This document shows, piece after piece, positions 10,644-21,242 of a DNA stretch of 64,000 nt. Positions within the stretch are counted from its first letter, which is position 1. Every line of letters starts with the position of its first letter. The DNA lies in assembly GCA_000435515.1 (NCBI GenBank), contig FR884184.1, positions 18,941 through 82,940 on the forward strand. Reading direction: 5' to 3'. Position numbers and translations under genes: made by a program. The notes beneath the pieces are model-generated. The model was not told where the DNA came from. It saw nothing but the letters and a program-made list of their open reading frames with translations, and ran no database searches. Origin of the DNA: Firmicutes bacterium CAG:582. GTDB lineage: Bacteria > Bacillota_I > Bacilli_A > RF39 > UBA660.

Positions 10644-11837
10644 ATGGATTTAAAAAGAAAATATGCACATCTATTATTAGATTGTTTGAATTTAAAAAAA
10701 GGAGATTACTTATTTGTAAGTATTCCAACCTTTGCATCATATTTTAAAAAGCTAATAATTGAAGAAGCAAAAGCGTATGGATTAAAAGATATTTATTTTG
10801 ATGAAGTGGATAGTTATAAAAAGCATGATTTACTAAAAAACTTAGATCAAGAAAATATTAATAAGCATCCTTATTTTGATGCATCTATTTATAATAAATA
10901 TGCAAAACTGGATGCAGGGTTCTTATTTATTAGGAGTATGATACCTAAGTTAATGGATGATGTTGATCCTGTGAAAATTAAGGCTACAACTGAACATACT
11001 CTTGAAACTCAAAAATATTTTAGGGATCTTTATAATTCTTCTAAGTTACGTTGGAATATCTCATGTATACCAAATGAAGAATGGGCAAAATCTTTAAATA
11101 TGAGTGAAGATGAACTTTGGAACTATATTCTTAAAATATGTATGGTTGATGATAAATCAAATCCATATGAAAAATGGAATGAATATCTTGAAGAACTAGA
11201 AAAAACTACTAATATTTTAAATGATTATAATTTTGAATATTTGGAATACAAAAATGATGCAGGAACAGATTTAAAAATATATTTGCCTGAAAGACATTTG
11301 TGGAGTAGTGGAAAAAGTCCAAATGGAGATATATGTAATATGCCAACTTTAGAGGTTTTTACTAGCCCTTTATATAATAAAACTGAAGGAAAAGTTGTAG
11401 CAACTAAACCTCTTTTATTCAATAATGTTTTAATAGATGATTTTTATTTAGAATTTAAAGAAGGTAAAGTGGTTTCTTACGATGCGCGTGTTGGATTTGA
11501 TACTTTAAAAACGATTATAGAAACTGATGAATATTCTTGTTATTTAGGGGAATGTGCTTTGGTGTCTTTTGATTCGGTAATAAATAAGACAAACATTATA
11601 TTTAATGAAACTTTATATGATGAAAATGCGTCATGTCATATTGCTTTAGGTAGAGGTTTTAATGAGTGTTTAAGAGGAGAAGTAAAAGACGATAAGGAAC
11701 AATTAAAAAGAGGTGTTAATATATCTAAAACTCATGTTGATTTTATGATTGGTTCTAGAGATTTATCGGTTGTTGGAGTTACTCATGATGGAAATGAAAT
11801 AAAAGTAATAGAAAATGGTAATATAATACTCAAATAA
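10644..11837 (+). CDS. M29-family aminopeptidase (AmpS/PepS-like)
   Basis: N-terminus MDLKRKYAHLLLDCLNLKKGD resembles the AmpS start, and the length (about 400 aa) fits. GGTGA SD before 10644; the track's alternative start at 10620 is in frame. Confidence 0.55.
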   Translation: MDLKRKYAHLLLDCLNLKKGDYLFVSIPTFASYFKKLIIEEAKAYGLKDIYFDEVDSYKKHDLLKNLDQENINKHPYFDASIYNKYAKLDAGFLFIRSMIPKLMDDVDPVKIKATTEHTLETQKYFRDLYNSSKLRWNISCIPNEEWAKSLNMSEDELWNYILKICMVDDKSNPYEKWNEYLEELEKTTNILNDYNFEYLEYKNDAGTDLKIYLPERHLWSSGKSPNGDICNMPTLEVFTSPLYNKTEGKVVATKPLLFNNVLIDDFYLEFKEGKVVSYDARVGFDTLKTIIETDEYSCYLGECALVSFDSVINKTNIIFNETLYDENASCHIALGRGFNECLRGEVKDDKEQLKRGVNISKTHVDFMIGSRDLSVVGVTHDGNEIKVIENGNIILK

Positions 11838-11992
11838 CTTGATTTTTAAGCATATAATTGGTAAAAGTAGTTGAAAAACACTGCTTTTTTTGGTATATTA
11901 ACTATGGTTTAAAAACCAAATAAGCACATGTATTGTTTGTATTATCTAGTGGCCAAGAGTTGGTAATGCATAGATGCATGGAAGTAATAACG

Positions 11993-12050
11993 AAAAGGAG
12001 AGTGTAATTATGGCTGGGGGGGGGGGAAAAGGAGAGTGTAATTATGGCTG
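11993..12050 (+). repeat. 24-bp tandem duplication of the rpsB SD and start (aaaaggagagtgtaattatggctg) separated by a G11 homopolymer
   Basis: Copy 1 at 11993..12016, G-run at 12016..12026, copy 2 at 12027..12050. G-runs this long are extremely unusual at about 27% GC. Confidence 0.6.
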
Positions 12051-12934
12051 TTGTTTCTATGAATAATTTATTAGAAGCAGGTGTTCACTTTGGACATCAA
12101 ACTAAAAGATGGAATCCTAAAATGAAGGAATACATCTTTACATCAAGAGATGATATTTATATAATCGATCTTGAAAAAACTGTAGCATGTATGGAAAAGG
12201 CATATGCTAAAATTAAAGAAATAGCTGAAAATGGAGGAAGTTTCTTGTTTGTTGGAACTAAAAAACAAGCAGTAGAAGCATCTATTGAAGAAGCTACTCG
12301 TTCTGAATCTTTCTATGTAACTGAAAGATGGTTAGGTGGAACATTAACTAACTTCAGAACTATTAGAAGAAGAATTAAAAGATTAGAAGAAATCGAAAAT
12401 ATGGAAAGTAATGGTATGTTTGATGCGTTACCTAAAAAAGAAGTTATTGGTCTTAAAAAAGAATATGATAAACTAAATAAAGTTTTATGTGGTATTCGTA
12501 ATATGGATAAACTTCCAAATGCTTTAATTATTGTTGATCCTAAAAAAGAAATTAATGCAATTAGAGAAGCAAGAAAATTGAATATTCCAGTATTTGGTTT
12601 AGTAGATACTAACTGTGATCCAGATGATGTTGATTATGTTATTCCTGGTAATGATGATGCAGTTAGAAGTGTTAAAGTTGTTTTAGGTGCTTTAACTAAT
12701 GCAATATGTGAAGCTAAAGGACTTGAAATAGTTGATTATGTAACTGAAGATGAAACAAATAAAACAACTGACAAGAAAGAAAAAAATCATAAAGAAGAAG
12801 TTGAAGTAAAAAAGGAATCAGCAAGCGAATTAGATGATAAAACTGTTACTGAACTTAGAAATATGGCTAAAGAAGCTGGCATTAAAGGTTACTCTACAAT
12901 GAAAAAAGATGAACTTATTGATGCATTAAATTAA
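12044..12934 (+). CDS. rpsB: 30S ribosomal protein S2 with C-terminal Rho_N/SAP-like extension
   Basis: [27 protein letters not shown] is canonical S2. An extra tail, [29 protein letters not shown], resembles a Rho N-terminal-type helix-hairpin. Confidence 0.95.
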   Translation: MAVVSMNNLLEAGVHFGHQTKRWNPKMKEYIFTSRDDIYIIDLEKTVACMEKAYAKIKEIAENGGSFLFVGTKKQAVEASIEEATRSESFYVTERWLGGTLTNFRTIRRRIKRLEEIENMESNGMFDALPKKEVIGLKKEYDKLNKVLCGIRNMDKLPNALIIVDPKKEINAIREARKLNIPVFGLVDTNCDPDDVDYVIPGNDDAVRSVKVVLGALTNAICEAKGLEIVDYVTEDETNKTTDKKEKNHKEEVEVKKESASELDDKTVTELRNMAKEAGIKGYSTMKKDELIDALN

Positions 12935-12936
12935 TT

Positions 12937-13458
12937 ATGAGTAATGAAGATATAAATAAACTTTGTTTTATAAAACTTGAAGAAATGATTCAGGCTTATA
13001 AGCTTGAATTTCTTCAAGATAAAATTGATAATCCGTTGAGACTTCAAACTTTCTATCCATTCATAAATAAAGTTAATTATTATGAGTGTGTAGAAAAGGT
13101 TATTAAAGATGCTGTAAAAAGATATTATGGAATTTACATTGATGATATCTTTGAAAGTGAATATAATTTTTCTTATTTAAGCGATCTGTGTTTCTTTGTT
13201 AAAGGAATACTTGGATCTTTAGGAAATCTTGAAATAATATGGTTTATTGAGCCTGATGTTAAGGGTATAATTATTGATAAACGTGATGATGGAACTATAG
13301 ATAAGATAACTACTGGAGAAGATGTGAATTATCAAGTTGTATTCAAAGCTTTGATGTTTGAATTAAAACAAGAGTGTTATCGCATGGAAGGTTATAATTT
13401 GGATGCTCAAGGTTTGAAAAAAATAAAAATAAATAAAGAGGAGAATAAAAATGATTAG
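12937..13458 (+). CDS. hypothetical protein inserted between rpsB and tsf
   Basis: 173-aa ORF. It starts 2 nt after the rpsB stop and overlaps the tsf start by 8 nt (translational coupling). No recognisable family. Confidence 0.5.
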   Translation: MSNEDINKLCFIKLEEMIQAYKLEFLQDKIDNPLRLQTFYPFINKVNYYECVEKVIKDAVKRYYGIYIDDIFESEYNFSYLSDLCFFVKGILGSLGNLEIIWFIEPDVKGIIIDKRDDGTIDKITTGEDVNYQVVFKALMFELKQECYRMEGYNLDAQGLKKIKINKEENKND

Positions 13459-14323
13459 TGCTAAAGATGTTAATGAATTAAGAACTAAAACTGGTGCAGG
13501 AATGATGGACTGCAAAAAAGCTTTAACTGAATGCGATGGAGATATGGAAGCAGCTACTGATTGGTTAAGAGAAAAAGGTATTGCTAAGGCTGCTAAAAAG
13601 GCTGATAGAATTGCTGCTGAAGGCCTTGCTAACGTATTTGTAGATGGCAATAAAGCTGTTATCCTAGAAGTGAATTGTGAAACAGACTTTGTTACTAAAA
13701 ATGCTGAATTTGTTGAAATGATTGAAAATATTGGTTCATCTATTTTAGCAAGTGATGCAACTACTATGGAAGAATTTAATAATTTAAAAGTAGGAGATCA
13801 AACTATTTCTGAGTATATAGTTGCTAAAACTTCTAAAATTGGAGAAAAACTTTCATTTAGAAGAGCAGAAGTTGTAACTAAAACTGATGCTGAAAATTTT
13901 GGTACTTACTTACATATGGGTGGAAAAATTGCTGTATTAGTTGTAGTTGAAGGAGCAAATGAAGAAGTTGCTAAAGATGTTGCAATGCAAGCTGCAGCTA
14001 TGAGACCTGAATATTTAAGAAAAGAAGATGTACCAGCAGAAGTTATTGAAAGAGAAAAAGAAATCTTAAAAGAACAAGCAATTAATGAAGGAAAACCTGC
14101 TGATATTGCTGAAAAGATGGTTGTTGGACGTATTCAAAAATACTACAAAGAAAATTGTCTAATTCATCAAGCATTTGTTAAAAATGGTGATGTTAATGTA
14201 GAAACTTATGTTAAAAATAATGGTGGAGTAGTTAAATCTATGATCCGTTATGAAGTAGGCGAAGGAATGGAAAAAAGAAGCGAAAACTTTGCTGAAGAAG
14301 TTGCTAAACAAATCAATGGATAG
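13451..14323 (+). CDS. tsf: elongation factor Ts
   Basis: N-terminal UBA-like MISAKDVNELRTKTGAGMMDCKKAL and EF-Ts core. Confidence 0.95.
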   Translation: MISAKDVNELRTKTGAGMMDCKKALTECDGDMEAATDWLREKGIAKAAKKADRIAAEGLANVFVDGNKAVILEVNCETDFVTKNAEFVEMIENIGSSILASDATTMEEFNNLKVGDQTISEYIVAKTSKIGEKLSFRRAEVVTKTDAENFGTYLHMGGKIAVLVVVEGANEEVAKDVAMQAAAMRPEYLRKEDVPAEVIEREKEILKEQAINEGKPADIAEKMVVGRIQKYYKENCLIHQAFVKNGDVNVETYVKNNGGVVKSMIRYEVGEGMEKRSENFAEEVAKQING

Positions 14324-14378
14324 GAGTCGAAAGACTTCTTTTTTTATGTATATTACAATATAAAAGAGGAAGAATTAT
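14324..14378. terminator. convergent terminators: tsf (+) hairpin and 11-bp perfect palindrome agaggaagaat/attcttcctct for the PilB-like gene (-)
   Basis: gagtcgaaagactc-like hairpin with T-run on the plus strand. The perfect palindrome at 14356..14378 overlaps the minus-strand stop and is followed by a U-run on the minus strand. Confidence 0.5.
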
Positions 14379-16864
14379 TCTTCCTCTAAATTAATATCAT
14401 TTAATAATGAATCAATTGTTGCATCATCTATAAGATCATCAAAATAGGCATCTTTTAGAATATCATTGTTGTCTTCTTCTTTTATTATATTATCTTTTTT
14501 ATCTTCTGTATTTATAATATTTAAATCATTGTCGAAGTTTAAATCATCTTCTGATATGTAAATATTTTTATCTTTTTCGTCATTGATTAGTGTTTTAACG
14601 TCTTCCAATTTATCAAAGTCATCGTTATTAGTGTTTAAATCGCTTTCTAAGATGTCTTTTTTATTTACTAGATTATTTATATCAATAATATTTAAATCGT
14701 CTATATCAATGTCTTTTTGTGTTAAAGTAATTTTTTCAGGTTCGTGATTTAATTCAGGTAATTCGATGTCATCAGTTACATCTATATCATCAGATTCCAT
14801 AATATAGTCAGAACTTTCGTTTAGCTCATTAATTATATCTTTTATAAGCTTATTATTATTTTTGTAAAGTAAACTGTCATCTTCAATTAAAGATAGATAA
14901 ATTAGATAGTTGTCAATTTCATTTTGATCTGCTAGTTTTGAAACATCTATTTGTTTTAATAGAACATTTAAGCGATCGTTATATAATTTTTTTGTAATAT
15001 CATATTTTTCATCATCAAGTTTTTCTAATTCTTCATATGTGCTTAATTTTATAATTTTCTCTGGTTCTTCTTTACTAGGAAGAACAATAGGTATACTATT
15101 TGTATCATCTTTTACTATAGGTAAGTTTTTACTTTCTTCAGTCTCTGTATTAGTGATGTTTTCTTCAACTGGAGCATTTTCTATTACTGGTTCTTCTTGT
15201 GTAATTGTTTCTTGTTCAATTGGTGTTTCTTCTTTAACTTCAATTTGCTTATTTTCTTCAACACTTGGTGTAAGTTCTTTACTTAACATATTTAAGCTTT
15301 TTAATACGTCTTCAGTTATATTTATATTGATAGGTTGATTTGAATTTAACATTGTTTGATTGCTTACTATTTGACTCGCATCTATTTGATCATCTAAACC
15401 AAGTTGGGTATCATTTCCTAAATCATCATCTAAATCGATAAGTTTTAGTATTTCATTAAATGAAGTTTTTCCTTCTAATACTTTTTCAAGTCCATCTTGA
15501 AGCATTGTTTCGGTTCCATCTTTTCCATAAACAAGGTTTCTTAAATATGGTTTACTAGCTCCTTTAACAATTGCGTCCTTTATTTCTTGGTTTAGAAGCA
15601 GTACTTCGTGAATTGCAATTCTTCCACGATAGCCATGATTACATTCGCTGCAGCCAACTGGTTCATATATTTCTTTAACGTCAATATTTAATGCACGTTT
15701 AAAGATTTCTTTTTCATAGTCTGTAGCAGGGCGTTTGGTTTTACATTTTTCGCATAATCTTCTTGCTAGCTTTTGAGATACGATTCCTGATAGGGAAGAA
15801 CCTAATAAATATCTTTCTACAGACATATCTGTTAAACGTTCAATTGTATTTAAAGAATTGTTTGTATGTATAGTTGATAGAACAAGATGTCCAGTGATAC
15901 TAGCCCTTACGGCAATTCTTGCTGTTTCGTCATCACGAATTTCTCCAATCATTATAACATCTGGGTCTTGACGAAGTATACTTCTTAAAACGTTTGCAAA
16001 TGTTAATCCAATTTCTGCTTGAGCTTGAACTTGGTTAATTCCAGGAATGCTCATTTCTATTGGATCTTCTACAGTTATAAGGTTTGTACCTTCAACGTTT
16101 AGTTTTTGTAGCATAGAATAAACGGTTGTTGATTTACCTGTTCCTGTTGCACCTGTTACAAGAATTATACCGTTTGGAAGAGCAAGCATCTTTTTTACTT
16201 TTTCAAGGTTTTGTTTGTTGAAATCTAATGCTTCAATTCCGGCAGCACTCATAGAGTAGTCCATGATACGTAAAACGATTTTTTCTCCTAAATTGGTTGG
16301 TAAACTTGATACACGAATATCAATAGTTTTTCCATCTATTTCACTTCTAATAGCTCCATCTTGAGGAACTCTTGATTCTGTAATATTCATTCCAGATATG
16401 ATTTTTATACGAGTTATCATATTCTTTTTTACATATAGGGGAACGATAGAGTAGTCGTTTAAGACTCCATCTACTCTTAATCTAATTTTTATACCACCAT
16501 CAAAAGGATCAAAGTGAATATCACTTGCGCCTTTTGCAATGGCGTCTAGTATTATTGAATTTACTATATCAGTTATCGGAACATTGTTATAATCGAACGT
16601 TACCATACCATCTAGCATTTCTTTGTTGTCCATTTGATGTTCTGATGCGGATATAATATTGCTTTGCTCACCAATGTAGTTTCCGTTTTCATCGATTAAA
16701 GACGGATCAATTGGATTACCAAATTCGTCAACATATTCAGTTACACCTTTATAATTTCCGTTTTCATCTATTAAAGAAGGATCAAGTTCGTTACCAAATT
16801 CATCAACATATTTAGTTACTGAATTATCGTCGACTATTTCGCCTTTTAAATCCTTATTGTTCAT
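14375..16864 (-). CDS. PilB/GspE-family type IV pilus / competence secretion ATPase with unusual N-terminal tandem repeats and long acidic low-complexity C-terminal tail
   Basis: Walker A GATGTGKST, Walker B DPDVIMIGEIRD, tetracysteine CEKCK...GCSECNHGYRGRIAIHEV. Core is about 480 aa. The C-terminal roughly 350 aa is D/E/N/I-rich. Confidence 0.8.
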   Translation of the reverse strand: MNNKDLKGEIVDDNSVTKYVDEFGNELDPSLIDENGNYKGVTEYVDEFGNPIDPSLIDENGNYIGEQSNIISASEHQMDNKEMLDGMVTFDYNNVPITDIVNSIILDAIAKGASDIHFDPFDGGIKIRLRVDGVLNDYSIVPLYVKKNMITRIKIISGMNITESRVPQDGAIRSEIDGKTIDIRVSSLPTNLGEKIVLRIMDYSMSAAGIEALDFNKQNLEKVKKMLALPNGIILVTGATGTGKSTTVYSMLQKLNVEGTNLITVEDPIEMSIPGINQVQAQAEIGLTFANVLRSILRQDPDVIMIGEIRDDETARIAVRASITGHLVLSTIHTNNSLNTIERLTDMSVERYLLGSSLSGIVSQKLARRLCEKCKTKRPATDYEKEIFKRALNIDVKEIYEPVGCSECNHGYRGRIAIHEVLLLNQEIKDAIVKGASKPYLRNLVYGKDGTETMLQDGLEKVLEGKTSFNEILKLIDLDDDLGNDTQLGLDDQIDASQIVSNQTMLNSNQPININITEDVLKSLNMLSKELTPSVEENKQIEVKEETPIEQETITQEEPVIENAPVEENITNTETEESKNLPIVKDDTNSIPIVLPSKEEPEKIIKLSTYEELEKLDDEKYDITKKLYNDRLNVLLKQIDVSKLADQNEIDNYLIYLSLIEDDSLLYKNNNKLIKDIINELNESSDYIMESDDIDVTDDIELPELNHEPEKITLTQKDIDIDDLNIIDINNLVNKKDILESDLNTNNDDFDKLEDVKTLINDEKDKNIYISEDDLNFDNDLNIINTEDKKDNIIKEEDNNDILKDAYFDDLIDDATIDSLLNDINLEEE
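16667..16816 (-). repeat. 2 x 75-bp in-frame tandem repeat encoding the 25-aa units TKYVDEFGNELDPSLIDENGNYKGV and TEYVDEFGNPIDPSLIDENGNYIGE
   Basis: Direct nucleotide repeat of about 85% identity, visible at the 5' end of the PilB-like gene. Confidence 0.6.
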
Positions 16865-16925
16865 ACTATCAACCCTATCTTATTTTATTCCATAATAATT
16901 ATACAATAGGCAAACATTTATAGTC

Positions 16926-16948
16926 AAGAAAAAAACCGATATAATCGG
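16926..16948 (-). terminator. rho-independent terminator of ponA
   Basis: Minus strand reads TAA-CCGATTATATCGG-TTTTTTTT. Confidence 0.55.
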
Positions 16949-19900
16949 TTAATTACAAGTGTTTTTCAAATTAATTGTTTTTGTTTTTTGTAAGCCATTA
17001 TATTTGGCTGTAAATATAATTGAATAGTTAACTCCACTTGCTAGAGTAGAACAATCTATTTCAGCTCCGTCTTCTTTTTTACAAACATAACTGATTGTTG
17101 AATTATCAGTAACATCAGTTTCATTTTCTGTTACTTTTACTTTGTTTTTAGGATTAGCACCAAGAGAATTAAAGTTTTCTAATGTTGAACAACTAGAGCC
17201 TTTATATTCAATGTTTAGACCATTTGAACTTGCACCTTCAGTAACATTAATAGTTAAACCGGTTGATTGATTATTCTTAAATTTTTGATATGAAGATTTT
17301 ACTATAAACGATACTTTTGATGAAGTATTAATATTTGTTGTAAATGTTGTATTTGTTGTAAATCCTAAGTCAGTAGTAATACCATTTGCAACCATGTATA
17401 CTTGATATCCAAAACTTCCAAAAGTGTTGTTGTTGTAAGCTATACGTTGTTGTAAGTATTTTTCTGCCCATACCTTGTAAGCCGTTGAATTTGTAAAGTA
17501 TTCTCTTAAGTATGTTTCGTTGATGGCGTTAGGTGTAGTTGCTGCATTCCAAGTTAGAGTAACAACACCATTATTATTTGTAAATTTTAAGTTACTTGGA
17601 TCACTTAGGGTATCAAACCTATTAGATACTGTAGTAGGTACAGTGCCTTTTTTGAAGTATTCAACGCTTCTAAGTTCTTTTGGAGTAGCAGGGCTTGCAA
17701 GTTCAAGTGGGTCAGTTCCAAGTTCTATTTCGGCTTCTACTATTCCATTAGGACGATTAAATCTAGAATTTTTTTTCATTATTCTTGTAACTAAAAATTT
17801 TGTTATTTCTCTTCTGGCTTTTCCACCTTCAGTACCTTTCAAGTAATATTCTTTTGTTCTTTGAGGATATCCATACCATGTTGCAATGGCATAATCAGGA
17901 GAGTAAGCAATTTCCCATGAGTCACCAATGATACCTTTAAATTCTTTTTTTAAAGCCGAATCAACTGTTGATGTACCAGTTTTGGCAGCTATATCAGTAC
18001 CACTTACAGAACCTGCACCAATTATGTTGCTTGTTACCGCGTGTTTTAAAATCATATTTATCATATAAGCTGTTTCTTCACTCATAGCTGTAATTTTTTT
18101 AGGAGTAACTTTTATAGTATCGCCAGTTTCAGTGTATTCAATTTTTGTTACAGAATATGGTTCAATATAAGTTCCACCTCTTGCAAATGTTGCGTAGGCA
18201 GCTGCTGCTTCCAATGGAGTGACACCATCGAAACCTCCGATTGAACATGTTTCTAGAATTGTTCCACTTGATGTTTCTGGTTTCCAACCTAAATTGCTTG
18301 CAAATTCAAGTTTTTGTTCGTTAGTTGTTTGTTGGAAAGTATATAGAGCAGGGATGTTTCTTGATTGAGCTAATGCGTTTTTAATAGTCATAACACCTTT
18401 ATGTTGATTATCGAAGTTCTTTATTTGACCACCACCGGTGTATGTATAATCATCGTCTATTATTGTTTGACCAGTTGACCAATTCAAGTATTCAATTGCA
18501 GGACCATAATCCATTATTGGTTTAGCAGTTGAACCTGGATGATGTCTTGTACTAGTTGCGTAGTTTAAACTTCTTTCAGTTTTTTTGTTTCTACCTGCAC
18601 CAACTGCCACAATAGAACCGTCTTCTACAGAAACAACAGCAATACCAGCTTGAGCAACATCATTTGGCCATTTGTAACCATTTTTGTTTGTTCCAGCATA
18701 TAATTCATTAATTACATCTTGCTTTGCAGGATCTAAAGTCGTCCAAATCTTCATTGAAGTACTGTAAGGATCATCTCCGGTAGGATTAGCCTTTGTTTTA
18801 GTTCTTTCGATAACTTCTTCAACAACAGTATCAATAAATCCAACATATTTGTTTAGACTGCTTCCTTTTCCTACAAGTAAACTCTCAACTGGAACGGATT
18901 TAGCAGTATCTCTTTCTTCTTCAGTAATGTATCCATGTCTACACATCAAATTTAAAACTGTATTACGTCTTGCTTCTGCATTTTTAGGATTAACGTAAGG
19001 GTTATAAGCACTTGGTGCTTGGAATAGACCAGCAATCATAGCAGCTTCTCCTAGATTAAGTTCAGATACGTCTTTACCAAAATATGTTTTGCTTGCTTGT
19101 TCAACACCATAAGTTCCAGAACCAAGGTTTGGAATGTTTACATAAAATTCCATTATTTCTTCTTTAGTATATCTTTTTTCAAATACAAATACTGACAAAT
19201 ATATATCAGTAAATTTTCTAATAATACCACCAATACCATGACTAGTTGTATCTGTTGCTGCATTCTTAGAAACTTGCATTGTTAGGGTAGAACCACCACC
19301 TGCATCACTTCTACCTAAAAGTTGTCCGAAAACAGCTTTTGAGAATCTTGCGATGTCAATACCATTATGTTGGAAGAATCTTGAATCTTCAGTTGCAACT
19401 ATTGCATCAACCAACACTTGAGGAAGTTGTTCATAACTAACTTTTTCACGATTCTCCAAACCAAGTCTTTTAAATTCATTTCCGTTTACGTCATATAAAA
19501 CGGTTGAATTACTTTTATATAATCTTTTTTCAGATACCTCTGGAGCAGTTATGATTATATAAACACAGAAGATAATTCCTAAGGAGAATAATGCAACTAA
19601 ACCAAGCATTATTATTATTAAAACTTTATCTTTTAAAGTTCCATATTTTAACTTTTTCTTAAATTTTTTCATATCGTCACTAATCACCATTTTCCTATTT
19701 TTAAAGAATACTTTAACTTTATCAATTCCTTTATATTCTTTATAGCTTAATAAATGCAATTCTTCATCTTTAGTAGTTCTTTTTTTGATAGCTTTTTTCT
19801 TCTTTTTCTTTTTGCACATATTACGTTTATATTTTATCAAATATTTCTTTATCTTAGCAATACGTTTTAGTATTTTGTTCTTTTTTGTATTCTTCTTTTT

Positions 19901-19987
19901 ACGTTTCTTTTTCACTTGCTTTACAGTCTTCTTTTCCATAATTTTACTCCTTAAAATATATGTTATCCAACACTTCAATATAATCAA
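16949..19987 (-). CDS. ponA: class A penicillin-binding protein 1A (glycosyltransferase plus transpeptidase) with K-rich N-terminus and extended C-terminal region
   Basis: GT51 EDSRFFQHNGID. Transpeptidase motifs STAKP, SRN and KTGTS. N-terminal TM helix. Confidence 0.9.
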   Translation of the reverse strand: MIILKCWITYILRSKIMEKKTVKQVKKKRKKKNTKKNKILKRIAKIKKYLIKYKRNMCKKKKKKKAIKKRTTKDEELHLLSYKEYKGIDKVKVFFKNRKMVISDDMKKFKKKLKYGTLKDKVLIIIMLGLVALFSLGIIFCVYIIITAPEVSEKRLYKSNSTVLYDVNGNEFKRLGLENREKVSYEQLPQVLVDAIVATEDSRFFQHNGIDIARFSKAVFGQLLGRSDAGGGSTLTMQVSKNAATDTTSHGIGGIIRKFTDIYLSVFVFEKRYTKEEIMEFYVNIPNLGSGTYGVEQASKTYFGKDVSELNLGEAAMIAGLFQAPSAYNPYVNPKNAEARRNTVLNLMCRHGYITEEERDTAKSVPVESLLVGKGSSLNKYVGFIDTVVEEVIERTKTKANPTGDDPYSTSMKIWTTLDPAKQDVINELYAGTNKNGYKWPNDVAQAGIAVVSVEDGSIVAVGAGRNKKTERSLNYATSTRHHPGSTAKPIMDYGPAIEYLNWSTGQTIIDDDYTYTGGGQIKNFDNQHKGVMTIKNALAQSRNIPALYTFQQTTNEQKLEFASNLGWKPETSSGTILETCSIGGFDGVTPLEAAAAYATFARGGTYIEPYSVTKIEYTETGDTIKVTPKKITAMSEETAYMINMILKHAVTSNIIGAGSVSGTDIAAKTGTSTVDSALKKEFKGIIGDSWEIAYSPDYAIATWYGYPQRTKEYYLKGTEGGKARREITKFLVTRIMKKNSRFNRPNGIVEAEIELGTDPLELASPATPKELRSVEYFKKGTVPTTVSNRFDTLSDPSNLKFTNNNGVVTLTWNAATTPNAINETYLREYFTNSTAYKVWAEKYLQQRIAYNNNTFGSFGYQVYMVANGITTDLGFTTNTTFTTNINTSSKVSFIVKSSYQKFKNNQSTGLTINVTEGASSNGLNIEYKGSSCSTLENFNSLGANPKNKVKVTENETDVTDNSTISYVCKKEDGAEIDCSTLASGVNYSIIFTAKYNGLQKTKTINLKNTCN

Positions 19988-20504
19988 TTCTAGGTCTTAT
20001 TTTTTTATTTATAATGTATCCTTTTTCTTCAATATAACTTAGTGGAATACTCTTTCTTTTATTGGTATCAATAAACTCGAGAATATCACGACCATCAAGG
20101 TAATAGAAAAGTCCATTCATCGCGATTATTAGGAAAGTAATTCCTCCATGAGAAATAATACGCTTCATATGTAAAAGTTGGTGTGGATGTATATTATTTA
20201 TAGGAAAAGAGGTGTGATTATTTGTTTCTTTAGCATCAAAATCAATGTATTTTCCTTTGTAAATACCGTTATAATCTAGTGTAGAAGGAGTTCTAAAGTA
20301 TGCTTTGGTTATTATTCTTTCTTTTGTACCATATTTTACCTCAGAAATAGTAATTGGAGTTGGTTTTTTATATACTATAGCGATATCCTCTTCTAAATAA
20401 TATTCGTTACTTTCATTAACTAGGCTTTCTAAGTCCATACCACGATTAGCATAGTTGATATTTTTTTTAAATTCAATTTTTTTATTTCCACCTGGATAGT
20501 TCAT
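19944..20504 (-). CDS. recU: Holliday junction resolvase RecU
   Basis: RecU-like sequence (NRGMDLE..., ...HPHQLLHMKRII...). Classic recU-ponA arrangement with a 44-nt overlap. Confidence 0.8.
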   Translation of the reverse strand: MNYPGGNKKIEFKKNINYANRGMDLESLVNESNEYYLEEDIAIVYKKPTPITISEVKYGTKERIITKAYFRTPSTLDYNGIYKGKYIDFDAKETNNHTSFPINNIHPHQLLHMKRIISHGGITFLIIAMNGLFYYLDGRDILEFIDTNKRKSIPLSYIEEKGYIINKKIRPRIDYIEVLDNIYFKE

Positions 20505-20600
20505 AGCTTCACCTTTAAATATTATATAATATATTCCAATATTTGCAAATTAAAAAATATTTGATATAATTGTTTCAATGAATGTTTTGGTGATGATGCG

Positions 20601-21194
20601 ATGAAAATAGAAAGTTCAAATTTGGAGACGATTGCTGTAAGGAAAAGCCAATATCCGACTGATGAATTGGATGAATTTTTATTATGTGGGAGAAGTAATG
20701 TTGGAAAAAGTAGTTTTATAAATACTGTATTAGGTAGAAAAAATTATGCTCATACCTCTGGTAAACCAGGTAAAACTCAAACTTTGAATTTTTATTTATT
20801 AAATAATAGATTTTATTTAGTTGACGTTCCTGGATATGGCTATGCTGAAGTATCTAAAGAAAAACAACGTAAATTTGGACTTATGATTGAAGAGTATATA
20901 AAAGAAAGAAAAAACTTAAAATGTGTTTTTCTTCTAGTTGATTTCCGTCATAAAGCTCAAGAAAATGACATATTAATGTATAATTATTTAAAATATTACA
21001 ATATTCCTTGTGTAGTTGTAGCAACTAAATATGACAAGATAAAAGCAAGTCAAAAAGATAAATGTGAAAAATCATTAAAGGAATCTTTAAAATTGGTTGA
21101 AGGGGATAAATTAGTGTTATTCTCAAGTGTTACTAAAAAAGGAAGAGAAGAAATATATCATATTTTAGATTCATTTATAAATTCACAAGAATAG
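20601..21194 (+). CDS. engB: ribosome biogenesis GTPase EngB/YsxC
   Basis: G1 motif GRSNVGKSSFIN, DVPGYGYA, and the correct size. Confidence 0.9.
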   Translation: MKIESSNLETIAVRKSQYPTDELDEFLLCGRSNVGKSSFINTVLGRKNYAHTSGKPGKTQTLNFYLLNNRFYLVDVPGYGYAEVSKEKQRKFGLMIEEYIKERKNLKCVFLLVDFRHKAQENDILMYNYLKYYNIPCVVVATKYDKIKASQKDKCEKSLKESLKLVEGDKLVLFSSVTKKGREEIYHILDSFINSQE

Positions 21195-21242
21195 TTCTTG
21201 TGTTTTTTTTGGTTTTAATATATTATTATTATAGGTGATGAT

